Shown here one piece after another: positions 37,121 to 47,982 of a stretch of 64,000 nucleotides of DNA. Under the pieces are notes generated by a model. The model was not told where the DNA came from. It did not search any database and saw nothing but the letters and a program-made list of their open reading frames with translations. Source of the stretch: Vicinamibacteria bacterium (lineage in GTDB: Bacteria; Acidobacteriota; Vicinamibacteria; Marinacidobacterales; Marinacidobacteraceae). Position 1 is the first letter of the stretch; the number at the start of each line of letters is the position of its first letter. The stretch lies in assembly GCA_964291235.2 (NCBI GenBank), contig OZ219816.1, positions 64,001-128,000 of the forward strand. The letters are read 5' to 3'. A program made the position numbers and the translations under genes.

Positions 37121-38437
37121 GTGATGGATTCCCGACGCCCGACGATTCCGCCACGCGGCGTTCCCCGCCGCCGCCTCCTCGCCGGCCTTCCCGGCCTCGC
37201 GCTGCTTCCCGTCGTTCCCGTGGGGCGCCTCGCCGCCGGCGCGCCGCAGGGGTCCGTGGCCGGCGAAGACCTCCCGGACTGGGTTCGCACCGCCCGGGAA
37301 GAGGTTCCGGCGGCGACTGCCAGCCCCTACTTCCAAACCGGCGGCATCGGTCCCTCGCCGCGCTCGGTCGTCCAGGATGTGTCCGATCGCCTGGACTTCC
37401 AGAACCGGAGCCCCGCCGCCGCCGACGTCTCCGCGGTGATGGGCCGGATCGAGCCGGATCTTCGTTCGCAACTCGCGCGAGTGTTCGGCGCCGGCGAGGA
37501 CGAGGTGGCCCTCACCCATTCCACTTCGGAGGGGATCTCGATCGTCGCCTGGAGCCTCGACTGGCGTCCGGGCGACGAGGTCGTCATCTCCAATACCGAG
37601 CATCCGGCGAACGTCGTCCCCTGGTACGTGCTCCGCGACCGGTTCGGCATCGTGATCCGGGAGATCGACCTGAGCCCGGGTACCGACCTGCTCGGGGAGG
37701 TGCGGGGGCAACTCTCCTCGAGAACCCGGATCGTCAGCCTCAGCCACGTTTCCCGGAACAACGGCCGAACGATCCGCACCGAGGACTCCGCGCAGCTCGC
37801 GGAACTTCTCCGCTCCCGGGGTGTTCGCTACCACCTCGACGGCGCCCAGGGGCCGGGCTGCGTCGCGACCGATTTCGCGGCGCTGGGGTGCGACTGCTAC
37901 TCGACCTGCGGGCACAAGTGGCTTCTCGGGCCCAAGGGCACGGGGGCGCTGTTCGTGCGCCGGTCGATCCTGGACGAAGTCCAACTGAGTTGGGCGGGAG
38001 CCCACAGCCACGAAACCATGGACTACGAGGGCAACTACACCCTGCTCCCGAGCGCCGCCCGCTACGAGTTCGGGACCCGGGCGCTCGCTGATTTCCACGG
38101 CTTCGGCCGGGCCGTGCAGTGGATGGAAGACACGGGTCTGGAACGGATCCTCGACCGGATCGACGACCTCGTGGATTTCGGGATCGGGGCGGTCCATCAG
38201 ATCCCGGACCTCACCGTCGCCTCTCCCGAGGATCCCGCGGACCGGTCGGGGATCCTGGTCGTCCGCCTGCCCGAACGCTGCGATCCGATGACCCTGTATC
38301 GGGATCTCGGCCGGGAGGACGGCATCCTGGCGTCACCGGTCCGCGGCGAGCGCGACTTCCGCCTCTCCCTCCACTTCTTCAACACCCGGGACGAGATCTC
38401 CGCCGCGCTCGAGGCCATCGTCTCCCGGTGCGCCTGA
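37121..38437 (+). CDS. Class V PLP aminotransferase / cysteine desulfurase-like protein with a probable Tat signal
   Basis: PRRRLLAGLPGLALL; STSEG, EHPAN, DGAQ, GHKWLLGPKGTG, RYEFGT, RLSLHFFNT. Confidence 0.85.
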   Translation: MMDSRRPTIPPRGVPRRRLLAGLPGLALLPVVPVGRLAAGAPQGSVAGEDLPDWVRTAREEVPAATASPYFQTGGIGPSPRSVVQDVSDRLDFQNRSPAAADVSAVMGRIEPDLRSQLARVFGAGEDEVALTHSTSEGISIVAWSLDWRPGDEVVISNTEHPANVVPWYVLRDRFGIVIREIDLSPGTDLLGEVRGQLSSRTRIVSLSHVSRNNGRTIRTEDSAQLAELLRSRGVRYHLDGAQGPGCVATDFAALGCDCYSTCGHKWLLGPKGTGALFVRRSILDEVQLSWAGAHSHETMDYEGNYTLLPSAARYEFGTRALADFHGFGRAVQWMEDTGLERILDRIDDLVDFGIGAVHQIPDLTVASPEDPADRSGILVVRLPERCDPMTLYRDLGREDGILASPVRGERDFRLSLHFFNTRDEISAALEAIVSRCA

Positions 38438-38480
38438 GCCCCCCTTCGGGCTCGCCGAAGCACTGACCGGAGCGGCGAGA

Positions 38481-38936
38481 TTGGGAAAGTCAGCACCCGA
38501 GGTCGGCTTCTACTGCGACGCCTGCGACCGCTACTCCAGCTGGAATCCTCCGTTTCAGCCGGAGGACGACCGGTGCCGGCACTGTGGCCACCGGAATCCG
38601 CCGGTGACGGCCGAACTCTCTCCCGCCGTCACCTTCGCGTCCTGTCCGCAGTGCGGGAATCCCGAGCTGTACCGGAAAAAAGACGTGCCCCAGCAGATCG
38701 GCTGCGCGGTCGTGCTGAGCGCGATTGCCCTCTCCACGGTCGCCTACGCGCTCTGGGACTTTCCGGGAGCCTTCGTCGTGTTCGCCTCCGTGGCACTCCT
38801 CGATTTCCTCATCTATCGCCGGTTGGGAAGCGTGACCGTGTGTTACCGCTGCCATGCCGAGTTCCGCCGGTTCCCGGAAAACCCGGAGCACGGGGACTTC
38901 GACATGCACCGCGCGGAAGAGTACGAGGCAGAGTGA
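38481..38936 (+). CDS. Zn-ribbon membrane protein (four CxxC motifs, two TM helices)
   Basis: CDAC, CRHC, CPQC, CYRC flanking a hydrophobic hairpin. Confidence 0.7.
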   Translation: MGKSAPEVGFYCDACDRYSSWNPPFQPEDDRCRHCGHRNPPVTAELSPAVTFASCPQCGNPELYRKKDVPQQIGCAVVLSAIALSTVAYALWDFPGAFVVFASVALLDFLIYRRLGSVTVCYRCHAEFRRFPENPEHGDFDMHRAEEYEAE

Positions 38937-40105
38937 GCGTTGGCAGCCCGGGGATCCCCAAGGCCGGCAGCGATCTGACGGCGGAGTGGCTGCGTGCGGC
39001 CCTCGTTTCCGGCGGCCGACTCGACTGCCCTCCCATCCGTCATCTGGACTGCACCGCGATCGGGGAGGGAGTCGGACTGATGGCCGAAGTCCTCCGCTGC
39101 CAGATCACCTTCGCCGCGGACGACGGACTCCCCGAGAGCGTGATCGTGAAGCTTCCGAGCGACAAGCCAAGGAATCGACAGCTCGGCCGACGCTGGCGTC
39201 TGTACCACCGCGAATTCAGCTTCTATCGTCACCTGGCGTCCGCGTCCCCGCTTCGCGCTCCGGCGCTCCTCTACGGTGACTTCGACGCGCGCACCCAACG
39301 TTTCGTGCTCGTTCTCGAGGATCTCCGCGACCTGACATCAGCGGACCAGGTTCAGGGCGCCACCTCCGAGCAAGCGCGGCGGGCCGTGCGGGAGGTTGCC
39401 AGGCTCCACGGGAAGTACTGGGACCGCGCCGAAACAGAAACGGCGCCCGTTTTCCAGGAGACGCTGGCGCCGTGGCTCCGGTTGGCTCTCCAGGTCTCCT
39501 ACCTGCTGAGCCTGCCACGCTGTTTGTCCCTCCTTTCCGGCTCGTGGCCCGCAGAAATCCGGGATCTCGCGGAGGAATACGGCCTGCGGCTGGCGGACCA
39601 TTTCGACCACCTCGAGCGGGAACCGCTGACGTTCGTACACGGCGACTACCGTCTCGACAACATGTTCTTCGACGAGGATGGCCTCCGGGTGGTGGACTGG
39701 CAAAACAGCGCGGTCTCGAGCGGCCTCTACGACGTGGCCTACTTCCTCGCTGGAAGTGTTTCGACCGAGGTGCGCCGGGCGATCGAGAAGGAAGCGCTCC
39801 TCGAGTACCACGACATCGTTTGCAGCCTGGGCGCCCGGGACTTCCCGTTCGAGCGCTGCTGGCGGCTCTACCGCGAGACCCTGCTCGGGTGCCTGGTGCT
39901 GCCGGTCGTTGTCACCGGCTGGCTCGAAGAGAGCCAGGGGCGGCAACTGGAGCTCCGGGACGCTATCGCAACGCGCACCGCGAAGGCCCTCCAGGACCAG
40001 GAGGCCGGTAACCTCCTGCCTCCGCTACCGCCATTCCTGAGCCGGGCCGGCCTCCGGAGCGCCCTCCTGCGGAGCGGATACCGCGCCTACCGGGCCCTCG
40101 CCTGA
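38933..40105 (+). CDS. APH/choline/ecdysteroid-kinase-like phosphotransferase
   Basis: VIVK, REFSFY, LVLEDL, HGDYRLDNMFF, VVDWQ, DVAYFL; GTGA overlap start. Confidence 0.85.
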   Translation: MSVGSPGIPKAGSDLTAEWLRAALVSGGRLDCPPIRHLDCTAIGEGVGLMAEVLRCQITFAADDGLPESVIVKLPSDKPRNRQLGRRWRLYHREFSFYRHLASASPLRAPALLYGDFDARTQRFVLVLEDLRDLTSADQVQGATSEQARRAVREVARLHGKYWDRAETETAPVFQETLAPWLRLALQVSYLLSLPRCLSLLSGSWPAEIRDLAEEYGLRLADHFDHLEREPLTFVHGDYRLDNMFFDEDGLRVVDWQNSAVSSGLYDVAYFLAGSVSTEVRRAIEKEALLEYHDIVCSLGARDFPFERCWRLYRETLLGCLVLPVVVTGWLEESQGRQLELRDAIATRTAKALQDQEAGNLLPPLPPFLSRAGLRSALLRSGYRAYRALA

Positions 40106-40141
40106 CCGCCCGGCAGATCACCATCGCCCGGAGCTGATCCG

Positions 40142-41527
40142 ATGCCACCGAGCCCGGAAGGCCGGTTCACCACCGGGTCCACCATGCGCCATGTGGTCAT
40201 CATGACCACGACGGCCTCGGTCGGGTTCCTCTTCCTCTTCCTGGTGGACTTCCTGACCCTCTTCTACGTCTCGCTGCTGCGCGACGTACGGCTCGTGGCC
40301 GGAGTCGGGCTCGCTTCCTTCGTGCAGCACCTGGTGAGCGCGGTGGCAATCGGACTCGCGGTAGCCACTACCGCGCTCGTCAGCCAGGCGCTCGGCGCGC
40401 GCAACCGGGAACTCGCGCGGAGCCGGACCACCTCCTGCCTCGCCACCTCGTTCCTGACCCTCGCCGTCATCGCCGCGGCGGTATTCGTCTTTCGCAAGGA
40501 GGCGGTCGGGCTCCTGATGGAACCCGGGCCGGCAACCGAAATCGCCAGCCGCTACCTCGCGTGGATCCTCCCTTCGTTGCCGCTCCTGGGCCTTGGTATC
40601 AGCACGGCCGCGATTCTCCGCGCCGAAGGCGATGCCCGGCGAGCCCTGATCGTGACGATCGTCGCCGGCGGGGTCGCCTTTGTGCTGGACCCGCTGGTGA
40701 TCGTGGGACTCGGTCTGGGCGTGGACGGTGCGGCCTGGGTGCTCATCTTCTCCAGGATCGTGACCGCAGCCGTGGGACTTCACTTCGTGGTGCGTGTCCA
40801 CGAGCTGGCCGCTCCGCTCCATCCGGCCGGAGTGCTGCGGGACCTCCGCGCGATCTTCGCGGTAGGCGGACCGGCGGTGCTGGCCCAGTTGTCCACACCT
40901 TCCGGGTTTCTCTTGCTGACCGCCTGGGTCGGGCGCTTCGGCGAAAGCGCCGTCGCGGGTTGGTCCGTGGTCACGCGACTGGTGGTGTTGGGCTTTTCGG
41001 GCATCATCGCGCTCGCAGTCGCCGTGGGAGGCATCTTCGGGCAGAACTACGGCGCCCGCAGGCTGGAACGCGTGGAAGCCACCTTTCGGGACAGTGTTGC
41101 CTTCGGGGTGGCGTATGCCCTGGCCGCGTGGGGGGTACTGTGGTTCGGAACGGACATCGTCGTCTGGGCGTTCGGAATGTCCGGCGAAGGCGCCCGGATC
41201 GTCCGTGCCTTTTGCCGGCTCGGGGCGGGCGGGTTCGTCCTGGCGAGCGCTGCCTACGTGGCGACGGCAGCCTTCAACAATCTGGGTCGCCCCATCTGGG
41301 GCATGATCCTCAACTGGTCGCGCGCGGGGCTCGCGGTTCCAGCGATGCTGTTCCTGCTGGTGGGCACCCTGGGCGGCCAGGCGATTGTCTTTTCACTGGG
41401 GGGGCCGGGGGTGGTGTACGCCTATGCCCTCGGCAGCAGCCTCGCGGGAGTCGTTGGCGGCTTTCTTGGGTGGCGCTTCGTGAAGGACCTGGCAGGAGAC
41501 AGGGCAACACCGGACCCGCCTGCCTAG
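40142..41527 (+). CDS. MATE family efflux transporter
   Basis: About 12 TM segments; LVDFL, SQALGA, ILRAEGDA, LDPL, GQNYGA. Confidence 0.9.
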   Translation: MPPSPEGRFTTGSTMRHVVIMTTTASVGFLFLFLVDFLTLFYVSLLRDVRLVAGVGLASFVQHLVSAVAIGLAVATTALVSQALGARNRELARSRTTSCLATSFLTLAVIAAAVFVFRKEAVGLLMEPGPATEIASRYLAWILPSLPLLGLGISTAAILRAEGDARRALIVTIVAGGVAFVLDPLVIVGLGLGVDGAAWVLIFSRIVTAAVGLHFVVRVHELAAPLHPAGVLRDLRAIFAVGGPAVLAQLSTPSGFLLLTAWVGRFGESAVAGWSVVTRLVVLGFSGIIALAVAVGGIFGQNYGARRLERVEATFRDSVAFGVAYALAAWGVLWFGTDIVVWAFGMSGEGARIVRAFCRLGAGGFVLASAAYVATAAFNNLGRPIWGMILNWSRAGLAVPAMLFLLVGTLGGQAIVFSLGGPGVVYAYALGSSLAGVVGGFLGWRFVKDLAGDRATPDPPA

Positions 41528-41541
41528 CAGGCACCGCCGCG

Positions 41542-44163
41542 TCAGGCCGGTACCGGTTCGCTCGTCACCTCCGCGTCGCGGACGCTGACTTCCAGCGCGC
41601 CGTCCCGAGTGGCGCCGACCTCGACCAGAGCGCCCGGCGGCAGGGCGCCGGCGACGATCATCCGGGCGGCAGGCGTTTCGACCTGCCGCTGGATCACCCG
41701 GCGCACCGGCCGGGCGCCATAGACCGGGTCATACCCCTCGGCGGCGAGGGTCCGCAGGGCCGGCTCCGTGACCGTCAGGGTCAGATCCTGCTCCCGCAGA
41801 CGTTCGCGCAACCGGTCCAGCTGGAGATTCACGATCTCTGCGACCTGCTCCCTGGTCAAGCTCCGGAACACGACAGTCTCATCCACCCGGTTCAGGAACT
41901 CGGGGGGAAATTCGCGGCGGAGGTCCGAGACAACCTCCCGCTTCATCTCCTCGTAGTCCCGGCCGGCCTGCGCGAGCGCCAGAACCCGGTCGCTGCCGAC
42001 ATTCGAGGTCATGATGAGGACGGTGTTGCGGAAGTTCACCAGCCGGCCGTGGGAGTCGGTCAGCCGGCCGTCATCGAGCACCTGGAGCAGCACGGTCCGG
42101 ACCTGGGGATGCGCCTTTTCGATCTCGTCCAGCAGGATCACGGCGAAGGGACGGCGGCGCACCGCTTCGGTCAACTGGCCGCCTTCCTCGAAGCCGACAT
42201 AGCCGGGAGGCGCACCGGTCAGCCGGGAGACGGAGTGCTTTTCGGTGTACTCGCTCATGTCCAGCCGCACGAGGGCGCGTTCGTCGTCGAAGAGTTCGGC
42301 GGCGAGCGCGCGCGCGAGTTCGGTCTTTCCCACGCCGGTGGGACCCGCGAACAAGAAGGCGCCGAGGGGCCGATCGGGGTTTTGGACCCCAGCCCGGGCC
42401 CGCAACACGGCATCGGCAACCGCCCGCACCCCCTCGTCCTGTCCGACGACTCGGCGGTGCAGCAGCTCCCCCAGCCGGAGCAGTTTCTCGCGTTCGCCCT
42501 CGAGCAACCGGTCCACCGGGATCCCCGTCCAGCGGGACACCACCGACGCCACGTCGGAGGCGTCCACCTCCTCGCGGAGAAGGCGCCCTTCCTGCCCCCC
42601 GAGCCGCGCCTGAGCGGTCTTGAGGTCCCGCTTCAGGTCTTCGATGGTTCCGAAACGGAGCTCGGCGGCACGACCGAGATCCTGCTCGCGCTCGGCGCGC
42701 TCCATCGCCAGGTTGGCCTCTTCGAGGGTCTGCCGGAGCCGCCGCACCTCAAGGAGTTGCGCTTTCTCGCTCTGCCACTGGGTGCGGAGCGCCCGGGCCT
42801 CCTCCTCGAGGTCGGCAATCCGGCTCTCGACTTCCGCGAGTCTCTTCCGGGAAGCGTCGTCCTTCTCCTTCTTCAGCGCTTCACGCTCGATCTGTAGCGA
42901 AAGGAGCCTTCGCTCCACCTCGTCGAGACCGGTGGGCACACTATCGATCTCGGTCCGGAGGCGGGCGGCCGCTTCGTCCACCAGATCGATCGCCTTGTCG
43001 GGTAGGAAGCGGCCGGAAATGTAGCGGCCGGACATCGACGCCGCGGCGAGGAGAGCGCTGTCCTGGATACGCACGCCGTGGTGGACCTCGTAGCGCTCTT
43101 TCAGGCCACGGAGGATGGTCACCGTGTCCGGCACCGAGGGCTCGGCTACGACAACCGTCTGGAACCGCCGTTCGAGAGCGGCGTCCTTCTCGATGTGCTG
43201 GCGGTATTCGTCGAGAGTGGTGGCCCCGACACAGTGCAGGTCCCCGCGGGCAAGCGCCGGCTTGAGCAGGTTGGAGGCGTCCATCGCGCCGTCCGTCTTG
43301 CCGGCGCCGACGACGGTGTGCAACTCGTCGATGAAGAGAATGACGCTTCCGTCCGCCTCCTGGACGGCGCCGAGCACCGCCTTGAGCCGCTCTTCGAACT
43401 CACCCCGGAACTTGGCGCCAGCGACAAGCGCGCCCATATCGAGCGCCACCACCTGGCGGTCGCGGAGCCCCTCGGGGACATCGCCCTTCACGATGCGCAG
43501 CGCCAGACCCTCCGCGATGGCCGTCTTGCCGACCCCCGGTTCTCCGAGCAACACCGGGTTGTTCTTGGTACGGCGCGACAGGATCTGCATCACCCGCCGG
43601 ATCTCATCGTCACGGCCGATCACCGGATCCAGCTTGTCGCCGCGAGCGAGCGCCGTCAGGTCCCGCCCGTACGTCTGGAGGGGCTCGTAAGCGCTCTCGG
43701 GGTTCGGACTCGCGGCGCGCGACGGACCGCGCACGGCCCTGATCGCCGCCTCGAGCCGCTGCGGATCCACTCCGGCGGCGCGGAGCGCCCGGCCGGCCGC
43801 GGACTTCCCGGAAGCGAGCGTCTGGACGAGGTGCTCCACGCTCAGGAACTCGTCTCCGAGCTTTCGCGCCTCGTCGGAGGCGGCGTGGATCGTCTTCGCG
43901 AGCTCCCCGGAGGCGGGGGGCGCGCCGTCGGCGGCATGCCGCTGGACCGGCAGCGCTCCCAGAGCGGCGTCCAGGTGTCTGCCAACCGCCGAAGGCTCGA
44001 TTCCCAACCTCCGGAGCAGACGCAGGGTCAACCCGTCGGGGGCGTCGTCGAGCAGGGCCGCCAGCAGGTGTTCGGGGGTGGTTTCCGGGTTCTTGCGCCC
44101 TTGGGCGAGCCTTGCAGCTCTCGACAGGGCACCGCCAGCGCGTTCGGTAGCGGGAAGTGACAT
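41542..44163 (-). CDS. clpB: ATP-dependent chaperone ClpB
   Basis: Two AAA+ modules ([16 protein letters not shown]), [14 protein letters not shown], and a coiled-coil middle domain. Confidence 0.97.
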   Translation of the reverse strand: MSLPATERAGGALSRAARLAQGRKNPETTPEHLLAALLDDAPDGLTLRLLRRLGIEPSAVGRHLDAALGALPVQRHAADGAPPASGELAKTIHAASDEARKLGDEFLSVEHLVQTLASGKSAAGRALRAAGVDPQRLEAAIRAVRGPSRAASPNPESAYEPLQTYGRDLTALARGDKLDPVIGRDDEIRRVMQILSRRTKNNPVLLGEPGVGKTAIAEGLALRIVKGDVPEGLRDRQVVALDMGALVAGAKFRGEFEERLKAVLGAVQEADGSVILFIDELHTVVGAGKTDGAMDASNLLKPALARGDLHCVGATTLDEYRQHIEKDAALERRFQTVVVAEPSVPDTVTILRGLKERYEVHHGVRIQDSALLAAASMSGRYISGRFLPDKAIDLVDEAAARLRTEIDSVPTGLDEVERRLLSLQIEREALKKEKDDASRKRLAEVESRIADLEEEARALRTQWQSEKAQLLEVRRLRQTLEEANLAMERAEREQDLGRAAELRFGTIEDLKRDLKTAQARLGGQEGRLLREEVDASDVASVVSRWTGIPVDRLLEGEREKLLRLGELLHRRVVGQDEGVRAVADAVLRARAGVQNPDRPLGAFLFAGPTGVGKTELARALAAELFDDERALVRLDMSEYTEKHSVSRLTGAPPGYVGFEEGGQLTEAVRRRPFAVILLDEIEKAHPQVRTVLLQVLDDGRLTDSHGRLVNFRNTVLIMTSNVGSDRVLALAQAGRDYEEMKREVVSDLRREFPPEFLNRVDETVVFRSLTREQVAEIVNLQLDRLRERLREQDLTLTVTEPALRTLAAEGYDPVYGARPVRRVIQRQVETPAARMIVAGALPPGALVEVGATRDGALEVSVRDAEVTSEPVPA

Positions 44164-44226
44164 GATCTATCTACTCCATACTCATTGAATATGATAAATA
44201 TCATAGCAGATCAATAGTTATTGAGC
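44164..44226 (-). promoter_or_regulatory. AT-rich clpB promoter/operator with two palindromes
   Basis: TATGATA-AA-TATCATA (44190-44205) and TCAATA-GT-TATTGA (44211-44224); GGAG RBS on the minus strand. Confidence 0.65.
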
Positions 44227-44270
44227 ACACCCCACCCGCGGAGTGGAGTCCCGAAACCTCGCGGAAACGC

Positions 44271-44477
44271 CTAGCGGACGGGCTCGCCGGGACGCTCGCC
44301 CCCGGACGTGCCCCGGACGTAGGCGTCGCACATCAGGACCGGCAGGCGCGGATAGCGGGGATACCGCGCGTCCACGAACGAACGCTCGCAGAGCATGAAC
44401 CCGGCGCGTCGGGAAACGACGACCCGGCCGTAGCGACAGGCGCGGCAGAGCCCCGCGGAGGGATTCCCGGGCGCCAC
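44271..44477 (-). CDS. Small Cys-rich hypothetical protein
   Basis: GLCRACRY...FMLCERS..D.RYPRYPRLPVLMC; last gene of the operon; start uncertain. Confidence 0.65.
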   Translation of the reverse strand: MAPGNPSAGLCRACRYGRVVVSRRAGFMLCERSFVDARYPRYPRLPVLMCDAYVRGTSGGERPGEPVR

Positions 44478-44490
44478 CGGGGGCCGCGGT

Positions 44491-45426
44491 TCAGTCAGTC
44501 GCGCCGGTCCACGGCATCCAGCCCGAACCACGGTGCCCGAAATCGAACTCCCCTGGATGCAGGAGTTCCGCGAGGATCTCGGCGGACTCCACGACGCGGG
44601 GGCCCGGCCGGTTGAAGTACTGGTTCCCGTCGGTGAGGAAGACGCACCCGTTGCGAACCGCCGTCAAATCGTTCCACCCCGGTTGGGCGGCGAGGGCCGG
44701 CATCTCGAGCCGGGTGCGGCGCATGTCGAAACCGCACGGCATGACGGCGATGACGTCGGGATCGGCGGCGAGCAACTCGCCAAACTCGAAGTATCCGGAA
44801 TGCCGCCCCGGTTCCCCGGCCATGACCGTGCCCCCGGCGATCTCCACCAGTTCGGGAACCCAGTTGCCGGCGTGCATCGGTGGATCGACCCACTCGATGC
44901 AAGCGATCCGCGGGCGGTTCGCGAGCTTGCCCGTGCGCGCCTGTATTGCATCCAGCCGTCCCCTGAGGTCATGGACGAGCCGCGCTCCCCGATCGGGAAT
45001 TTCGAGCGACGCGGCGACCGCCCGCACGTCCTCGAACACGTCGCCGAGCGACATGGGCGCCAGCGGCACGATCTCCGGCCGGGAACGCACGACGTCGCAC
45101 ACGGCCTTTTCGACATCGCGCAGGCTCACGGCGCAGACCTCGCACTGGGTCTGGGTAACGATCACGGTGGGCGCGAGCTCGTTGAGCAGGCCGCCATCCA
45201 CCCGGTACACGGACAGGGCCTCGCCCACGATTTCCCGGACCTGGCGGTCGATATCCCGGCTCGAGGCCCCGGCATCCACCTTGGACGAAGAGCAGACCGG
45301 AAGGCTCAGGATCGAGGGAGGGAAATCACACTCGTGCGAGCGGCCGACGAGACAGCGCTCCATGCCCAGCGCCGTGACAATCTCGGTCGCGCTTGCGATC
45401 AGTGAGACGATGCGCGGCTCGGCCAT
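44491..45426 (-). CDS. BtuF-like cobalamin/siderophore-binding protein
   Basis: RIVSLIASATEI, GRSHECDFP, TQTQCEVCAV, EWVDP...AGNWVPEL, PCGF, FNRPGPR. No signal peptide visible. Confidence 0.85.
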   Translation of the reverse strand: MAEPRIVSLIASATEIVTALGMERCLVGRSHECDFPPSILSLPVCSSSKVDAGASSRDIDRQVREIVGEALSVYRVDGGLLNELAPTVIVTQTQCEVCAVSLRDVEKAVCDVVRSRPEIVPLAPMSLGDVFEDVRAVAASLEIPDRGARLVHDLRGRLDAIQARTGKLANRPRIACIEWVDPPMHAGNWVPELVEIAGGTVMAGEPGRHSGYFEFGELLAADPDVIAVMPCGFDMRRTRLEMPALAAQPGWNDLTAVRNGCVFLTDGNQYFNRPGPRVVESAEILAELLHPGEFDFGHRGSGWMPWTGATD

Positions 45427-45433
45427 GCGCCCC

Positions 45434-46036
45434 TCAGTCTCGGAGGGAAGCAGGCTGCCAGCGGGGTATCAGCGCCCGGTCCCGGAGCGTCACGGGGCTG
45501 AACAGCAGCGGCAGGAAAACCGCCATGCTGATCAGGCTGTTCCGGAAAAAGGGGATGGCCTGCACGTAGCAGTCGATCAGTCCGGCCATGTTGAGCGGAT
45601 ACCGCAGGCCGCCGCCAAACGCCCAAACCGCAAAGTTGGTGACGATGAAGAAGCCCACCGCCGAGAGAGCGCCCGAGGCCGCGAGACGGCCCCAGGACCG
45701 TTGCCCGCGCATCAGGAAGCCACCGGTCGCCACGAGCGCGACCGCCAGGTAGATGACCGGCTGCCCTCCATAGAGCGCCCAGTCGGCGCGTCCGGTCACG
45801 AGCCAGATCCCGACGTCCCCGAGCAGGTAGGTCGCGAGCGGGACCAGATAGACCAGCCGGCGCGAGGCGTAGAGCGCTCCGCCGAAGACCGCGAGCGCGA
45901 GGATGGGTGAGAAGTTCCACGGGTACGCCATGGACGCCGGATCGGCGTGATGCGCCCCGAAGACGTACGGCGCGAGGCGGACCCCAACGCTGAGCGCGAG
46001 GAGCGCGAGCAGGACGGGGAGGCGGATGGACGTCAT
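45434..46036 (-). CDS. Putative transporter, DUF6580 / ECF S-component-like membrane protein
   Basis: RLAP...WNFSPILALAVFGGA...FFIVTNFAVW...Y..GL..CY..AIPFFRN; ATGA overlap with the upstream gene. Confidence 0.75.
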   Translation of the reverse strand: MTSIRLPVLLALLALSVGVRLAPYVFGAHHADPASMAYPWNFSPILALAVFGGALYASRRLVYLVPLATYLLGDVGIWLVTGRADWALYGGQPVIYLAVALVATGGFLMRGQRSWGRLAASGALSAVGFFIVTNFAVWAFGGGLRYPLNMAGLIDCYVQAIPFFRNSLISMAVFLPLLFSPVTLRDRALIPRWQPASLRD

Positions 46037-46767
46037 GGAATCTCCTTGTCGATTCGGGGGTCCGCGAGGGTACCAGCGCCGGCGCCTGCCGGCGCCTCCG
46101 GCAACAAGTCGCAGAACCAGAAGCCGTCGCGCCGGATCACCGCGCCGACCGCAACCGCGAGCGGCCGGTGGAAGATGGGCCCGTCGAACACGAAGGTGTG
46201 AAACTCGCCGTTCTCGCCACACGGATCGACTCCCTCCGGCAAATCGGCGAGCAAGGCGTCATCAAAGGTCCTTCCCGCGAACGAGGCGTCGAGCGCGGCG
46301 GGATCCAGGCAGACAATGCGCGCCTGGAAACCGGAGTCCACGAACGTGCGGGCAAGCGCGCCAGTGGGACGCCCCCAGAGCGGGAACACGCCCTCGAGGC
46401 CGAGGGCTTTCAGTTGGCGTCGGCGGTAGTCCCGGACGTCCTCCAGGAAAATGTCGCCGAAAGCCACCTTGTGCACCCCGTTCTCCCGCAGCCGGAGGAA
46501 CGCCTCGCCCATGGCGCGTTCGTAGATCGCGTTCGAAGCGCGAGGAGGAATGGTGACTTCGGTGAGCGGAACGCCGATCGAAGCCGCCTGCTCGCGCAAC
46601 AGGGAACGCCGGACGCCGTGCATGCTGATCCGGTCGTACTCTCCGGTCACCGTCGTGATCAGCGCGGAGACCTCGAACCGGCTGTCACCGCGCAGGGCGT
46701 GGAGCGAAAGCGAGCTGTCCTTGCCCCCACTGAAGGCGAGCGCAACCGGCTCGCCAGCCCGTGACAT
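46033..46767 (-). CDS. Dph6/DUF71 (COG2102) PP-loop ATP pyrophosphatase
   Basis: FSGGKDS, SMHGVR, AFGDIFLEDVR.YR, FPLW, DPCGENGEFHTFV. Confidence 0.92.
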   Translation of the reverse strand: MSRAGEPVALAFSGGKDSSLSLHALRGDSRFEVSALITTVTGEYDRISMHGVRRSLLREQAASIGVPLTEVTIPPRASNAIYERAMGEAFLRLRENGVHKVAFGDIFLEDVRDYRRRQLKALGLEGVFPLWGRPTGALARTFVDSGFQARIVCLDPAALDASFAGRTFDDALLADLPEGVDPCGENGEFHTFVFDGPIFHRPLAVAVGAVIRRDGFWFCDLLPEAPAGAGAGTLADPRIDKEIP

Positions 46768-46797
46768 CCCGTTTCTGGACCGGTAGTGACCTGCGGG

Positions 46798-47982
46798 TCA
46801 GATCACCCCGTGGGCTCGGCCGCTCTCGGTGAACGCGGCAACCGCCCGGTCCACCTGCTCGTCGTCGTGAGCCGCCGAAAGCTGGACCCGGATGCGGGCC
46901 TTGCCTTTCGGCACCACGGGAAAGCTGAACCCGATCACATAGATCCCCCGCTCCAGAAGATCATCCGCCATACCGGATGCGAGGCGGGCATCGCCGAGCA
47001 TGACCGGAACGATCGGATGTTCGCCGGCCGGGAGGGTGAATCCGGCCGCGGTCATGGCCTCCCGGAACCGCCGGGTATTGCGTCGCAGCCGCTCTCGCGG
47101 TTCCTCGGTGGTGGAGAGCAGGGCAACGACCTCGATGGCCGCCGACACGATGGCCGGAGCGAGGGTGTTCGAGAACAGATAGGGGCGGCTCCGCTGGCGG
47201 AGGAGGGCCACGATTTCGCGTCGACCGGAGGTAAATCCGCCGGCGGCGCCGCCGAGCGCCTTGCCGAGCGTCGAAGTGATGATGTCCACCCGCTCCGCAA
47301 CCCCGAACCGCTCCGGCGTCCCGCGGCCGGTCTCGCCGATGAAGCCGGTGGCGTGCGAATCGTCCACCATGACGAGCGCCTGGTGGCGGTCGGCCAGTTC
47401 ACAGATGGCATCGAGCGGCGCGAGCGTCCCGTCCATGCTGAAGACGCCATCGGTCGCGATCAGTTTCCGCCGCGCGCCGGCGCATTCCTCAAGCTTCGCG
47501 GCGAGATCGTCCATGTCGCGGTTCCGGTAGCGGAAGCGCTGGGCCCGGCAGAGACGGACGCCGTCAATGATGCTCGCATGGTTCAACGCATCGCTGAGGA
47601 TCGCGTCGTCCGGTCCCAGAATGGTCTCGAACAGGCCGCCGTTGGCATCGAAGCACGAGCTGTAGAGGATGGTGTCCTCGGTGCCGAGGAACTCCGCGAT
47701 GCTCGCTTCCAGTTGGCGGTGGATGTCCTGGGTGCCGCAGATAAAGCGGACCGAACTGAGCCCGAAGCCGCGCTGGTCGAGCCCTCGCCGGGCGGCCGCC
47801 AGTACCCGGGCGTCGTTCCCGAGGCCCAGATAGTTGTTCGCGCAGAAGTTGAGAACTTCGCGCCCCCCGACCGTGATCAACGCCCCCTGCGGGGAGACGA
47901 TCAGCCGCTCCCGCTTCTCGAGGCCCGCGTCCTGGATCGCGGCCAGCTCGCTCTGAATGGAAGACAGCGTTTCAACGTTCAT
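46798..47982 (-). CDS. kbl: Glycine C-acetyltransferase (2-amino-3-ketobutyrate CoA ligase)
   Basis: [53 protein letters not shown]. Confidence 0.97.
   Translation of the reverse strand: MNVETLSSIQSELAAIQDAGLEKRERLIVSPQGALITVGGREVLNFCANNYLGLGNDARVLAAARRGLDQRGFGLSSVRFICGTQDIHRQLEASIAEFLGTEDTILYSSCFDANGGLFETILGPDDAILSDALNHASIIDGVRLCRAQRFRYRNRDMDDLAAKLEECAGARRKLIATDGVFSMDGTLAPLDAICELADRHQALVMVDDSHATGFIGETGRGTPERFGVAERVDIITSTLGKALGGAAGGFTSGRREIVALLRQRSRPYLFSNTLAPAIVSAAIEVVALLSTTEEPRERLRRNTRRFREAMTAAGFTLPAGEHPIVPVMLGDARLASGMADDLLERGIYVIGFSFPVVPKGKARIRVQLSAAHDDEQVDRAVAAFTESGRAHGVI

Noticed and set aside
40561-44160. Plus-strand ORFs of 778 and 360 aa
   Set aside because: Off-frame in the MATE gene or antisense to clpB.
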